Of a stretch of DNA of 64,000 nt, positions 18,085-27,258 are shown piece after piece. Source of the stretch: Candidatus Saccharicenans sp. (GTDB lineage Bacteria; Acidobacteriota; Aminicenantia; Aminicenantales; Saccharicenantaceae); NCBI GenBank assembly GCA_026414545.1, contig JAOAIU010000058.1:41682-105681 (forward strand), given 5' to 3'. A model generated the notes under the pieces. The model searched no databases, had not been told where the DNA came from, and saw nothing but the letters and a program-made list of their open reading frames with translations. Within the stretch, counting starts at the first letter, position 1; each line of letters starts with the position of its first letter. The position numbers and the translations under genes were made by a program.

Positions 18085-18246
18085 ATGTTAGCCAGAATCA
18101 TTATGGTTGCTTATTACCTGATCAGTGCCTTCTTTGTGTTGGTTACCGTCCAGAACCTCCTGCGGGAAAAAGACAGCCGGGACCGGGTGGTGCTTTACCT
18201 GGTGACTCTTATTCCGTTCATCCTGAGATTGTTAAGAATTAAATAA
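18085..18246 (+). CDS. Small (53 aa) two-helix membrane protein, not in the ORF track
   Basis: The ATG at 18085 is preceded by AAGGAGGG with a 6-nt spacer. Translation: MLARIIMVAYYLISAFFVLVTVQNLLREKDSRDRVVLYLVTLIPFILRLLRIK. It has two hydrophobic segments around a charged loop, and sits 28 nt after the permease and 10 nt before the next gene. Confidence 0.45.
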   Translation: MLARIIMVAYYLISAFFVLVTVQNLLREKDSRDRVVLYLVTLIPFILRLLRIK

Positions 18247-18256
18247 AGGTTTAACC

Positions 18257-19423
18257 ATGAAAACAGCAGGAACGGGCTTTAAGCTGGCAATGGTTGCAGT
18301 CTTCATGACTCTTATGATAGCTGGGGGCCTCCCCCTCAGGGAGCACCGGCAATTTCCGGTGGAAATCGTCTGCGGGCCCGGGGTCAAAGAAATCAGGAAC
18401 CTGAGCGATTATCTGCCTTCTCTAAAAGGCACCGCGGCCGATACGCCGGTTTTCATCCTGTCAGGAAAAGAACCAGGAGGCGCGGTCCTGGTCATGGGCG
18501 CCACCCACGCTAACGAGCCCGAGGGGCTGCTTTCGGTGGCTATCATGATAGAGAATGCGGTGGTGGAAAAGGGAACAGTTTTCCTTATCCCCCTCTTTAA
18601 CCGCAGTGCCAGCCTGAACACCAGGCCGGGGGAAGGATACCCCCTCTATTTTTCAATCAGGACTCCCTGGGGCCAGAAAAAATTCAGGATGGGCAACCGG
18701 GATGCCTCCCCGCTGGACCAGTGGCCGGACCCCGATGTTTATATTCACTACCCTGAAAAACAGATGCTTTCCTATCTTGACATCCGAAATACCAACCGGA
18801 CCTGGCCCGGCCGCCGCAACGGCCTGCCGATGGAACAGGTAACCTTGGCCGCCATGGAGCTGCTGCGCCAGCAGAAGGTGGACCTGGCCATCGACCTGCA
18901 TGGAGCTGAAACCATGTTCCCGGTCACCAATTGCATCGTGGCCCCGGAAAAATCGATGAGAATTGCCACCCTGGCCTCCCTGACCGTAAAATCGATGGAG
19001 GGTTTCGAAAACCATCTGGAATCATCGCCCCAAAAATTTCGCGGACTCTCCCACCGGGAAATCGGTGATTATTCGGATACCCTTCCCTTCCTCCTGGAAT
19101 CTCCAATTCCTTTCCTGGACCAGCCCACCGGAGCTAAGACAGAACAACTTTTTCTCGATGGCCGGGATGAATTTCTACTGAACCTGTCCCGCAAGAAAAA
19201 ACTGTTTGTTCCTTACGACGAGTCGGGCTGGTCTCTGGACCGGCGGGTGGGGCAGCATCTGTCCGTCAGCCTGGAGATAATCAGGCAGTATTCCAGGAAG
19301 AACCCGGACAGGGCCATCGTCATCAAGAATGTTCCGAGATATTCCGATGTGGTGAATGACGGCCTTGGAAGTTATTTTCACCAGCCAGCTTCAGCCGATA
19401 AGAGCAGGGTGGTCAAGCTGTGA
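18257..19423 (+). CDS. Succinylglutamate desuccinylase/aspartoacylase (AstE/AspA, M14-like zinc hydrolase) family protein, membrane-anchored or secreted
   Basis: N-terminal hydrophobic anchor. HxxE zinc motif in VMGATHANEPEG and a later AIDLHGAE motif, as in AstE/AspA and M14 enzymes. Confidence 0.55.
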   Translation: MKTAGTGFKLAMVAVFMTLMIAGGLPLREHRQFPVEIVCGPGVKEIRNLSDYLPSLKGTAADTPVFILSGKEPGGAVLVMGATHANEPEGLLSVAIMIENAVVEKGTVFLIPLFNRSASLNTRPGEGYPLYFSIRTPWGQKKFRMGNRDASPLDQWPDPDVYIHYPEKQMLSYLDIRNTNRTWPGRRNGLPMEQVTLAAMELLRQQKVDLAIDLHGAETMFPVTNCIVAPEKSMRIATLASLTVKSMEGFENHLESSPQKFRGLSHREIGDYSDTLPFLLESPIPFLDQPTGAKTEQLFLDGRDEFLLNLSRKKKLFVPYDESGWSLDRRVGQHLSVSLEIIRQYSRKNPDRAIVIKNVPRYSDVVNDGLGSYFHQPASADKSRVVKL

Positions 19424-19498
19424 TTCTTAATCGGGTGGAATCTTGATGAACGTGTTTTATCCTGCGGCCAACGAAATGAAGTATGGAGCAAATATAAA

Positions 19499-21196
19499 AT
19501 GAAAAAATACGCCATCCCGAGCTTGGCTCTGTTTCTCATTCTTATGGTTTTGATGTTCAGCCCCGGCCAGCAATCCGGGACCGGTCCGGAAGAACGTGTT
19601 CTGTCCGGCGAAAACTGCACGGTTATCATGGTCGGGAAAAAGGCCTCGGCTGACGGCTCCACCATGACCACCCATACAGCCGACTGTGGTCTCTGCGACT
19701 GGACCTGGCGCTACGTTCCGGCCGCCGACCATAAACCGGGTTCCACCCGGAAAATTTACCGAATTTCCCAGATGCGAACCTGGCCTCCGAGCGAGGGCCT
19801 GAAGTGGGATCTAATAAAGAAAGATTTCACCGGGGTGGAGATACCCGAGGTCCCGCATACCTTCGGGTACATGCACGGGGTTTTTGGCTACATGAACGAC
19901 CAGCAGCTGGCTATCGGTGAATCGACCATCGGCAACCGGCCCAAGATGTCCAACCCCACCCAGACTCCGGCCTTCAACATTACCATGCTGACCCTGCTGG
20001 CCATGGAAAGATGCCGGACCGCCAGAGAGGCTATAAAGTTGATGGGCTCCTTGGCTGAAAAATACGGCTACGGGGGCGAGGACGGAGGGGAAATGCTGGC
20101 CGTGGCTGACCCGGAAGAAGTCTGGGTATTTGAAATCATGCCGGTGGGGCCTCTCTGGACTCCTGACAGCGGGAAACCGGGAGCTATCTGGTGCGCCCAG
20201 AGGGTTCCCGACGACCAGGTCAGCGTCTGCCCCAACGAGTCCAGAATCGGGGAAATCGATCTCAATAACCCGGACTTTTTCATGGCCTCACCCAACGTAA
20301 TTTCTTACGCGGTCGAAAACGGATACTGGGACCCAAAGAGCGGTCAGCCCTTCAGTTGGAAAAAAGCCTACAGCCCGGCCGAAGGCAATGCCAAGGACCA
20401 GCCGCGCCGGGCCAGGATGTGGCGGTTCTTTGACCTGGTTTCCCCGTCATCCAAGTTTTCTCCCTCCCTGCCCAACATGGATTTCCCTTTCTCGGTAAAA
20501 CCGGATAAACCGCTTTCGGTCAAAGATATTATGGAAATGACCAGGGACAAAGGCTATGGTACCTTCTTTGACCCGACCCGCGGGATAAGGGGCGGTCCTT
20601 ATATGAACCCCAATTATGACAGTACCGCCAGGCTGATCAGCGTTCGCAATGCCGAATACACAACCGTCACCCAGTGCCGCGGCTGGCTGCCCGCGGCCAT
20701 CGGAGGAATCGTCTGGTTGTCGTGGGGAGCCCAGGATACATCCTGCTATATGCCCTTTTACGCCGGGGTCAAAGCTCTGCCCCCTTCCTTCAGTGTTGGC
20801 GACCACTGGGTTTTTAACCGTCAATCAGCCCGCTGGGCTTTCGACTATGTTGATTTTCATACCCAGGTGGCTTACTCGGTAGCCATTGAGGAAATAAAAA
20901 AAGCCAGGGCAAAATGGGAAGATGGAGCTCTCAACCAGATTCCCGATATTGACCGGAAAGCCCTGGAGCTTTACCAAAAAAATCCGGCCAAAGCCTCAGA
21001 GTTTTTAACGGCCTTTTCCGTGAGCAATGCCGAGGCCGTAGTTAAGGCCTGGTGGCAGCTGGGCGATGACCTTCTGGTCAAGTTCAACCACCTTAGCTAC
21101 TATAACAGCGAGCGGCGGACAGTGGAAAGAAGAAAAATGGACTTTCCGGAGGTCTGGAAAAAGGCGGTCCGCGTAATTGACATAATTTTTGAGTGA
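19499..21196 (+). CDS. Peptidase C69 family dipeptidase, secreted (copy 1 of a tandem pair)
   Basis: Signal peptide followed by the Ntn-type nucleophile context GENCTVIMVGKKASADGSTMTTHT. Strong C69-like conservation throughout (AIGEST, GGEMLAVADP.EVW.FE). Confidence 0.85.
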   Translation: MKKYAIPSLALFLILMVLMFSPGQQSGTGPEERVLSGENCTVIMVGKKASADGSTMTTHTADCGLCDWTWRYVPAADHKPGSTRKIYRISQMRTWPPSEGLKWDLIKKDFTGVEIPEVPHTFGYMHGVFGYMNDQQLAIGESTIGNRPKMSNPTQTPAFNITMLTLLAMERCRTAREAIKLMGSLAEKYGYGGEDGGEMLAVADPEEVWVFEIMPVGPLWTPDSGKPGAIWCAQRVPDDQVSVCPNESRIGEIDLNNPDFFMASPNVISYAVENGYWDPKSGQPFSWKKAYSPAEGNAKDQPRRARMWRFFDLVSPSSKFSPSLPNMDFPFSVKPDKPLSVKDIMEMTRDKGYGTFFDPTRGIRGGPYMNPNYDSTARLISVRNAEYTTVTQCRGWLPAAIGGIVWLSWGAQDTSCYMPFYAGVKALPPSFSVGDHWVFNRQSARWAFDYVDFHTQVAYSVAIEEIKKARAKWEDGALNQIPDIDRKALELYQKNPAKASEFLTAFSVSNAEAVVKAWWQLGDDLLVKFNHLSYYNSERRTVERRKMDFPEVWKKAVRVIDIIFE

Positions 21197-21230
21197 TAGA
21201 ATAAATTCTAACAAAGTAATGGAGGTTTCG

Positions 21231-22976
21231 ATGCTTAAAAAACTAAAAAAGAACATACTCGGACGATGGTCTCTTCCGGCTCTGGCCCTGATGCTGGTCG
21301 TCCTGGCCGTATTTTATTTTACTGGCCGGGCCGAAAAGATGGACCCGAGCCTGGAAGTTTCCAGACCGACCGACAACTGCACTTCAATACTGGTCGGCCG
21401 ACTGGCCTCGGTCGATGGCTCTACTATGACCACCCATACCTGCGACTGCGGCCTTTGCGACTGGACCTGGCGTCATGTTCCCGCTGCCCGTCATAAACCG
21501 GGTGAAACCAGGAAGATATATCACATCTCTCAGTTTAAGACCTGGCCCCCAACTGAAGGCCTGAAGTGGGACCTGGTCAAGAAGGATTTCACCGGCCTGG
21601 AAATACCAGAGGTTCCGTATACCTATGCCTATCATCATGGCATGTTCGGCTATATGAACGAAAAGCAGGTAGCCATAGGGGAATCGACTATAGGAAACGT
21701 GCGAAAACTGGATAACCCTACCCCCACCCCAGCCTTTGACATCACCATGCTGACCATAATTGCCATGGAAAGAGCCAGCACGGCCAGGGAAGCCATCAAG
21801 ATCATGGGAGAGCTGGCCGAGAAGTATGGCTACGGTTTTCACGACAACGGCGAGATGCTGGCTGTGGCCGACCCCAAGGAAGTCTGGATTTTTGAAATAA
21901 TTCCGGTTGGCCCCCTGTGGACTCCCCAGAGTGGCAAGCCAGGGGCAGTCTGGTGTGCCCAGCGGGTACCGGACGACCAGGTCAGCGTCTGCCCCAACGA
22001 ATCAAGGATAGGTGAGATTGACCTTAACAATCCCGATTACTTTATGGCTTCGCCCAACGTTATTTCCTGCGCGGTGGAAAATGGTCTTTATGACCCGGCC
22101 AGCGGCCAGCCATTCAACTGGAAGAAGGCTTATTCCCCCATAAACGAAAGCGCCACCAGTTCCAACGGACGGTATCAAAGGTTGTGGCGCTTTTTTGATT
22201 TGGTGGCTCCATCACTGAAGTTATCTCCCAACACCCCCAACATGGACCTGCCCTTCTCGGTCAAGCCCGACCGGAAAATCTCTTTGGCTGACGTTATCAA
22301 TATGACCCGGGACCGCAGCTACGGCACGCCCTTCGACCCGGTCAAAGGCATCCGCGGCGGGCCTTTTAAGAACCCGAATTACTACCGTCAGACCAGGACC
22401 ATCTGCGATAGCCGGGCCGAATACACGACCGTGACTCAGTGCCGGGACTGGCTGCCTGACCCCATCGGGGGAATAGTCTGGATTTCTTTCGGCTCCCAGG
22501 ATACCGCCTGCTACATGCCCTTTTATGCCGGGGTGACAGAATTGCCCCACTCCTTCTCCATCGGCGACCACTGGGTGTTTAACCGGGATTCGGCCCGCTG
22601 GGCCTTCGACTATGTCGATTTTCATGTTCAGGTAATCTACTCGGAAGCCATCAAGGACGTGGAGCAGGCTATCCTAAAATACGAAAAACCCGTCATCGAC
22701 CAGATTCAGGAAATTGACCGCAAGGCGACAGAACTTTACAAGAAAAACCCGAAAGAAGCGGCCAAGTTTCTTACTGGATTCTGCCTGAATAATGCCCAGA
22801 ACGTGGTCAAAGCCTGGTGGGACCTGGGCGACCAGCTCCTGGTAAAATATAACCACCTGTACCTGTATAACGTAGAAAAGAGAACCTACCAGCGACGGTT
22901 CCCGGCCTACCCCGACCTCTGGCAAAAAGCAGTCAGGGCCTTCGATGTCCTGTTTGAATCCGAGGAGAAAAAATAG
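21231..22976 (+). CDS. Peptidase C69 family dipeptidase, secreted (copy 2 of a tandem pair)
   Basis: I prefer the ATG at 21231 (GGAGG 5 nt upstream) over the track start at 21189. TM/signal segment, then DNCTSILVGRLASVDGSTMTTHT. Most positions match copy 1 by eye. Confidence 0.85.
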   Translation: MLKKLKKNILGRWSLPALALMLVVLAVFYFTGRAEKMDPSLEVSRPTDNCTSILVGRLASVDGSTMTTHTCDCGLCDWTWRHVPAARHKPGETRKIYHISQFKTWPPTEGLKWDLVKKDFTGLEIPEVPYTYAYHHGMFGYMNEKQVAIGESTIGNVRKLDNPTPTPAFDITMLTIIAMERASTAREAIKIMGELAEKYGYGFHDNGEMLAVADPKEVWIFEIIPVGPLWTPQSGKPGAVWCAQRVPDDQVSVCPNESRIGEIDLNNPDYFMASPNVISCAVENGLYDPASGQPFNWKKAYSPINESATSSNGRYQRLWRFFDLVAPSLKLSPNTPNMDLPFSVKPDRKISLADVINMTRDRSYGTPFDPVKGIRGGPFKNPNYYRQTRTICDSRAEYTTVTQCRDWLPDPIGGIVWISFGSQDTACYMPFYAGVTELPHSFSIGDHWVFNRDSARWAFDYVDFHVQVIYSEAIKDVEQAILKYEKPVIDQIQEIDRKATELYKKNPKEAAKFLTGFCLNNAQNVVKAWWDLGDQLLVKYNHLYLYNVEKRTYQRRFPAYPDLWQKAVRAFDVLFESEEKK

Positions 22977-22988
22977 AGGGAGGAAACC

Positions 22989-23642
22989 ATGAAAAGAATA
23001 AATCTCGCTTATATTCTAATCGCCGTCCTGGTGCTGGCGGCCGGCCTCCGAATTTTCGGACAGACCGTTCCTAAGGCCAGCCTGCCAGTCTTGACCACTT
23101 CTGCCGGCCAGAGCCCGGACGTGACTACGGTCAACATCATCCTGGAAGAAGCTGGAATCGGTTACGATTACTGTGATGTTCCCACGCCCGAAATCCTGGC
23201 CGACGGGGTGGGACTGGGCGACCGGGAGTCTGAAGCCGGCTTTCATGCTGAAGTCCATACCGACCTGAGCAAATTCAGGAAAGGGACACCATACAAAACT
23301 GTGATCATGGCCATCGGGGCCAGCCTCAAGGGCATGGGTGCCTCCGGGCTGACCGTGGAAGCCGAAGAAGCCCGTCTAAAGAAAGTCATCGATTACTGTC
23401 AGGCCAATAAGATCTTCATCATTGCTGTCCATATCGGCGGAGAGTCCAAGCGCGGGGCACCCGGCAGCGACAATGAAAGAATGATCGAGGCGGTGGCTCC
23501 TCGGGCCAACCTGTTGATTGTTACCAGGGACGGTAACAAAGACGGGCGGTTCAGCAAAATTGCTGCCCAGAAGAACATTCCTCTCTTTGAAGTCAACTAT
23601 GCCCTGGAAATAGTCGAGCTGCTGAAGAAGGTTTTTAATTGA
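22989..23642 (+). CDS. Uncharacterised secreted or anchored alpha/beta protein
   Basis: 217 aa starting 12 nt after C69 copy 2, with GAGGGAGG upstream. N-terminal signal/anchor sequence. Alternating beta-alpha pattern (PVLTTSAGQSPD, VIMAIGASLKGMG, IFIIAVHIGG, LLIVTRDGN). I cannot name a family with confidence. Confidence 0.6.
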   Translation: MKRINLAYILIAVLVLAAGLRIFGQTVPKASLPVLTTSAGQSPDVTTVNIILEEAGIGYDYCDVPTPEILADGVGLGDRESEAGFHAEVHTDLSKFRKGTPYKTVIMAIGASLKGMGASGLTVEAEEARLKKVIDYCQANKIFIIAVHIGGESKRGAPGSDNERMIEAVAPRANLLIVTRDGNKDGRFSKIAAQKNIPLFEVNYALEIVELLKKVFN

Positions 23643-23690
23643 TCAGATAATCAGGATTCCAGAGCTAAGAAAGTAGAAGATACCCGGGCT

Positions 23691-24212
23691 TCAGACCAGG
23701 GTTGACTGAAGTTTTTTCTGGGCCTTCTGCAGAAGTTCTTCGCCCTCGTGGACAAGGTCATCGAGCCGGGCGATGGCAATCCGGCATTTCAGGTTTTCCA
23801 TTTTCCTCTTGCCCTTGCCCTGATGCTCGAAGTATTTCTTAAGGTAGGCTTCCAGCTCTTCAGCCGAAAAAAGCCTGGGCAGGCAGGTATCGGACAGAAG
23901 CATTTTCTTTATTTCTTCGTAATCAACTTTATCTCCCAAGACCAGCGTGATATCGCGGGCTGTTTCCTCCCGCCACTTGGCGTACTCAGGGGTGGAATAG
24001 GGCGGTAGCGGTCCCAGCAACTTTCTGGCTTCCTTGAGCACTTCCTCAAAGAACAGCTTCCCCTCTTTCAGCAGGCTTTTAGCCCGATAGTAGTCGGGAC
24101 TGGAAGCAGCAGTTTTATCGTCGAGGTAGGTTTTGAACAGGCTTACCGATTGGGCCAACGCTTCATAGGCCGACTTGACTTTAACCTCAAAATTAAAATC
24201 CATCGACTTCAT
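23691..24212 (-). CDS. Hypothetical helical cytoplasmic protein
   Basis: 173-aa ORF with a charged, helical composition and no TM segment. I recognise no family. Confidence 0.45.
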   Translation of the reverse strand: MKSMDFNFEVKVKSAYEALAQSVSLFKTYLDDKTAASSPDYYRAKSLLKEGKLFFEEVLKEARKLLGPLPPYSTPEYAKWREETARDITLVLGDKVDYEEIKKMLLSDTCLPRLFSAEELEAYLKKYFEHQGKGKRKMENLKCRIAIARLDDLVHEGEELLQKAQKKLQSTLV

Positions 24213-24280
24213 TTAGCCCTCCTTGCGGCAACCAGGCTGGATTAAGCATATCAATTTTCTGCCCCTTTTTCAAAAAGTTA

Positions 24281-25486
24281 TTATTTCACGATGGAGGCCG
24301 CCACCACGTTGGCAATTTTGCTTCGCATGGAGATAATCTCTCCCCTGTCGTCCGGGTGAACGCGGTTGGTCAGGAAGATAACCACAGTATCCGTTTCCGG
24401 GTCGATCCAGATTGAAGTCCCGGTATAGCCAGAATGGCCATAAGAACTCCAGCCGAAAAGGTCCCCCCGGACTGTGGCATAATCAGAATCAAGGTCCCAG
24501 CCGAAACCTCGGCCGGCGAACTTGAGATGGGGAAAAATTTCGGTCATTCTGGCCACGGCCAGCGGGCTCAATATCCTGACTCCACGGAACTCTCCCCTGT
24601 TCAGCATCATCTGGGCAAAAATGGCCAGGTCATCGGCCGTAGAAAACAGACCGGCGTTGCCCGAAACACCACCCTGGAGTCGAGCCAGCGGGTCATGAAC
24701 CACACCCACCAGCGGCCGACCGTTAACCACTTCTGTCGGAACGCACCTGGCTTTTGCTTCCTCCGGGGGGTTAAAAAAGGTAGAAGTCATTCCCAGCGGC
24801 TTAAAAATATTCTGGCGGGAAAATTCGGCCAGGTCCTGGCCCGTAACTATTTTAACCACCTGGGCCAGGGTGATGTAATTAAGGCAGCTGTAGACAAATT
24901 TCTCGCCGGGACGATATTCCTTTCTAATTCCGGCTATATGCTTGACCAGAACCTCGGTCGGACAGGGTTCTCCATACCTGGCCGCCACTTCTTTGGGGTC
25001 GGTGTAAGGCGGCAGACCGGAAGTATGGGTCAGTAGATGGAACAACCTGATTTCTTCACCCGGCTGTCCTTTTTCTTCGATATAGGGCACAAATTCAGGT
25101 ACATAGTTTGTGATCCGGTCCCAGAGTCGAATCCGGCCCTGTTCCACCAGAATCATGATTGAGGTGGCCGTGGCAATGGGTTTGGTCAATGAAGCCAGGT
25201 CAAAAATCAGGTCAGGCTTCATCGGCGCAGGTTCGGGAACAAGCTGGCTGTGTCCATAGGCCTGGCGCCAGACAATTTTGCCATGCCTGGTTACCAGCAG
25301 CACGGCTCCTGGAAAATCTCCCCGCTCCAGAGCTCTGGCGATAACTTCATCCACCCGACCCAGCCGCCTGGAATCCATCCCTACTTCTTCCGGACGCGCG
25401 GTGGGCAGCCTGACTTCGGCCGACAGAGACAGAGCTCGGACTAAAACCAGGAAGATCAAGGCCTTCCGCAGAACCCTTCCTTTCAT
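24281..25486 (-). CDS. Serine hydrolase of the beta-lactamase / class C PBP-like family, secreted
   Basis: SxxK motif in FDLASLTKPIAT and a YSN-like YSCLNY motif. I prefer the start at MKGRVLRK (25486), with AAGGAG 8 nt upstream. This removes the 32-nt overlap with the upstream gene that the track start at 25531 implies. Confidence 0.8.
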   Translation of the reverse strand: MKGRVLRKALIFLVLVRALSLSAEVRLPTARPEEVGMDSRRLGRVDEVIARALERGDFPGAVLLVTRHGKIVWRQAYGHSQLVPEPAPMKPDLIFDLASLTKPIATATSIMILVEQGRIRLWDRITNYVPEFVPYIEEKGQPGEEIRLFHLLTHTSGLPPYTDPKEVAARYGEPCPTEVLVKHIAGIRKEYRPGEKFVYSCLNYITLAQVVKIVTGQDLAEFSRQNIFKPLGMTSTFFNPPEEAKARCVPTEVVNGRPLVGVVHDPLARLQGGVSGNAGLFSTADDLAIFAQMMLNRGEFRGVRILSPLAVARMTEIFPHLKFAGRGFGWDLDSDYATVRGDLFGWSSYGHSGYTGTSIWIDPETDTVVIFLTNRVHPDDRGEIISMRSKIANVVAASIVK

Positions 25487-25499
25487 CTCAGCTTCTCCT

Positions 25500-26627
25500 T
25501 TATTTAGATGCGGTTTTCCAGACGAGGCCATCCTGTCTGATGCATAACCTATCGCCGTTTTTATTCATATATACGGCTTCAAACAGGCTGGAGGTGGCCA
25601 TGATCCGGGGCGGATAATCCCAGTCCTTAACTCTCAGTGCCTTTTCTCGGCTCAGATTAAGCTGCTCCAGGTTCTGGGCAAAGCTGCCGTTCCGGGCAAA
25701 GTAATTCCTCTGACGGTAATAAATAAGCCGGAGAGCCCACTTAACCTCGGCTTCCGGGTCTTCGTCGCAGTATTCCCTGGCCTTCCCGGCTTCGGTGGAG
25801 GTGAATTGAACATAACCCCACATCTCTGGATAGTGAATATTTACCAGGCCCTGCGGAGCCCAGGTCCAGTTATCTTCGGGAAGCTCGCGACCGGTGACCT
25901 TGTCCTTCATCTTGACATAATTTGCGCCCTCAACCACCGTTCTGTATTCAACCCTGGAAAAGTTTATTCTCCACCGATCGCCGCTTTCGGGCTTCTTCTT
26001 GTACGGGGCAGCTTCTTTCAATACTTCCCAGGGAATGGCCATTTCCACCGACCAGCCCCGGTCTTTATCAGCCGGATTATTTATGGTCCCGTCCACCTGG
26101 ACTGCGGTCTTCAATCCCTGAATGTCCCAGGCATGAATGGCCGGGCCCCCGTCGCGGTAGGGTTTGACCAGAAACAGGTCCCAGACGGTATTCAGGGCGT
26201 TGATTTCTATCTCATAATAATTGTGGGTATCGCCATCGGGGTCGATAAAAACTTCAAAATCGTTGTCCAGGTAGATGATGGAATCTCGCTGAGTTAGGGT
26301 AGCCCAGACCTGGGGTTCTTCCAGTTCTGCTCCAACGTAAAAATATTCGTCATCCCAGAGCATCTTGACCCTGGTCTTGAACCTGGGCCTGGGCTTGCTT
26401 TTTCCTTCTATATCCACAAATTCTTCGGACCAGTAAACACTCTTCCAGGAATTTTCATCCAGCCGGCCGTCGATGGTGATGGGCCCGGCCGTTCGATGAC
26501 ACATATAGTACCTGAGTGAGGGACTGAGCTTGGGCTCATCCAGACCATTGAGATTCGGCCAGAGAGGCAGACTGGTCAGGCAGAACAGTCCCAGAATCAG
26601 TCCGAAAGTCGCCGTCTTGATTCTCAT
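25500..26627 (-). CDS. Carbohydrate-binding family 9-like (CBM9/DOMON-like) secreted protein
   Basis: Signal peptide. The ITIDGRLDENSWKSV...W..F pattern and size are as remembered for CBM9-like proteins. Confidence 0.55.
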   Translation of the reverse strand: MRIKTATFGLILGLFCLTSLPLWPNLNGLDEPKLSPSLRYYMCHRTAGPITIDGRLDENSWKSVYWSEEFVDIEGKSKPRPRFKTRVKMLWDDEYFYVGAELEEPQVWATLTQRDSIIYLDNDFEVFIDPDGDTHNYYEIEINALNTVWDLFLVKPYRDGGPAIHAWDIQGLKTAVQVDGTINNPADKDRGWSVEMAIPWEVLKEAAPYKKKPESGDRWRINFSRVEYRTVVEGANYVKMKDKVTGRELPEDNWTWAPQGLVNIHYPEMWGYVQFTSTEAGKAREYCDEDPEAEVKWALRLIYYRQRNYFARNGSFAQNLEQLNLSREKALRVKDWDYPPRIMATSSLFEAVYMNKNGDRLCIRQDGLVWKTASK

Positions 26628-26649
26628 CTATCGCTCTCCTTAAGGTCTT

Positions 26650-27159
26650 TTATTCAGAAGTCGTCTTAATTTCCAGATAGATTATCTTCTGTCCAGACCA
26701 TTGCAGAAACTTCAGGAAATCATCCCTGGAAATCTTTATGGTGGCCGTGTTGACGTTGGGATGAAAATTTAGCTCGGTCTCTTCTAGCAGGTCGCGGTCA
26801 ACCACTACCCTGACTTCTTTTCCCTGGTCGTTAATCAGGCCGAAGGGAGAAACGGCGCCAGCCGTTAGCCCCAGATATTTCAGAAGTCGCTCGGCAGAGG
26901 CGAAGCTCAGGCGATCTTCGGCCAGGCTGGTGGTCAACTGTTTCAGGTCAACTTTTTTATCCCCGCGGACAATCACCAGATAATGATGGTTGCCCCGATA
27001 ATTTCTTATGAACAGGTTCTTGCAATGGGCCCCCCCGTGTTCTTTCCAGTACAGGCTGGATTCTTCCAGGGTAAAGACTGGCGGATGTTCAAAGCGCTCC
27101 CATTTAATTCCCAGGCTGGACAGCCTATCCAGGACTTTATTTTCCTCGGGGCTCAACAT
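26650..27159 (-). CDS. YbaK/ProX-type aminoacyl-tRNA deacylase (prolyl-tRNA synthetase-associated domain protein)
   Basis: 169 aa. The pattern L..LGI....EH.PVFT.EE........G.H.KNLF.R...........V........DLK.L is typical of ProX-like editing domains. Confidence 0.7.
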   Translation of the reverse strand: MLSPEENKVLDRLSSLGIKWERFEHPPVFTLEESSLYWKEHGGAHCKNLFIRNYRGNHHYLVIVRGDKKVDLKQLTTSLAEDRLSFASAERLLKYLGLTAGAVSPFGLINDQGKEVRVVVDRDLLEETELNFHPNVNTATIKISRDDFLKFLQWSGQKIIYLEIKTTSE

Positions 27160-27258
27160 TTCAGTCAGGTCCTACCTTCACTCGCCTATTTTACTTAAAG
27201 ATTAAAAACTTTAAAGCCTCAGGGCATTTTCGTATAATTCGTCTCTTTGGAAAAGACG

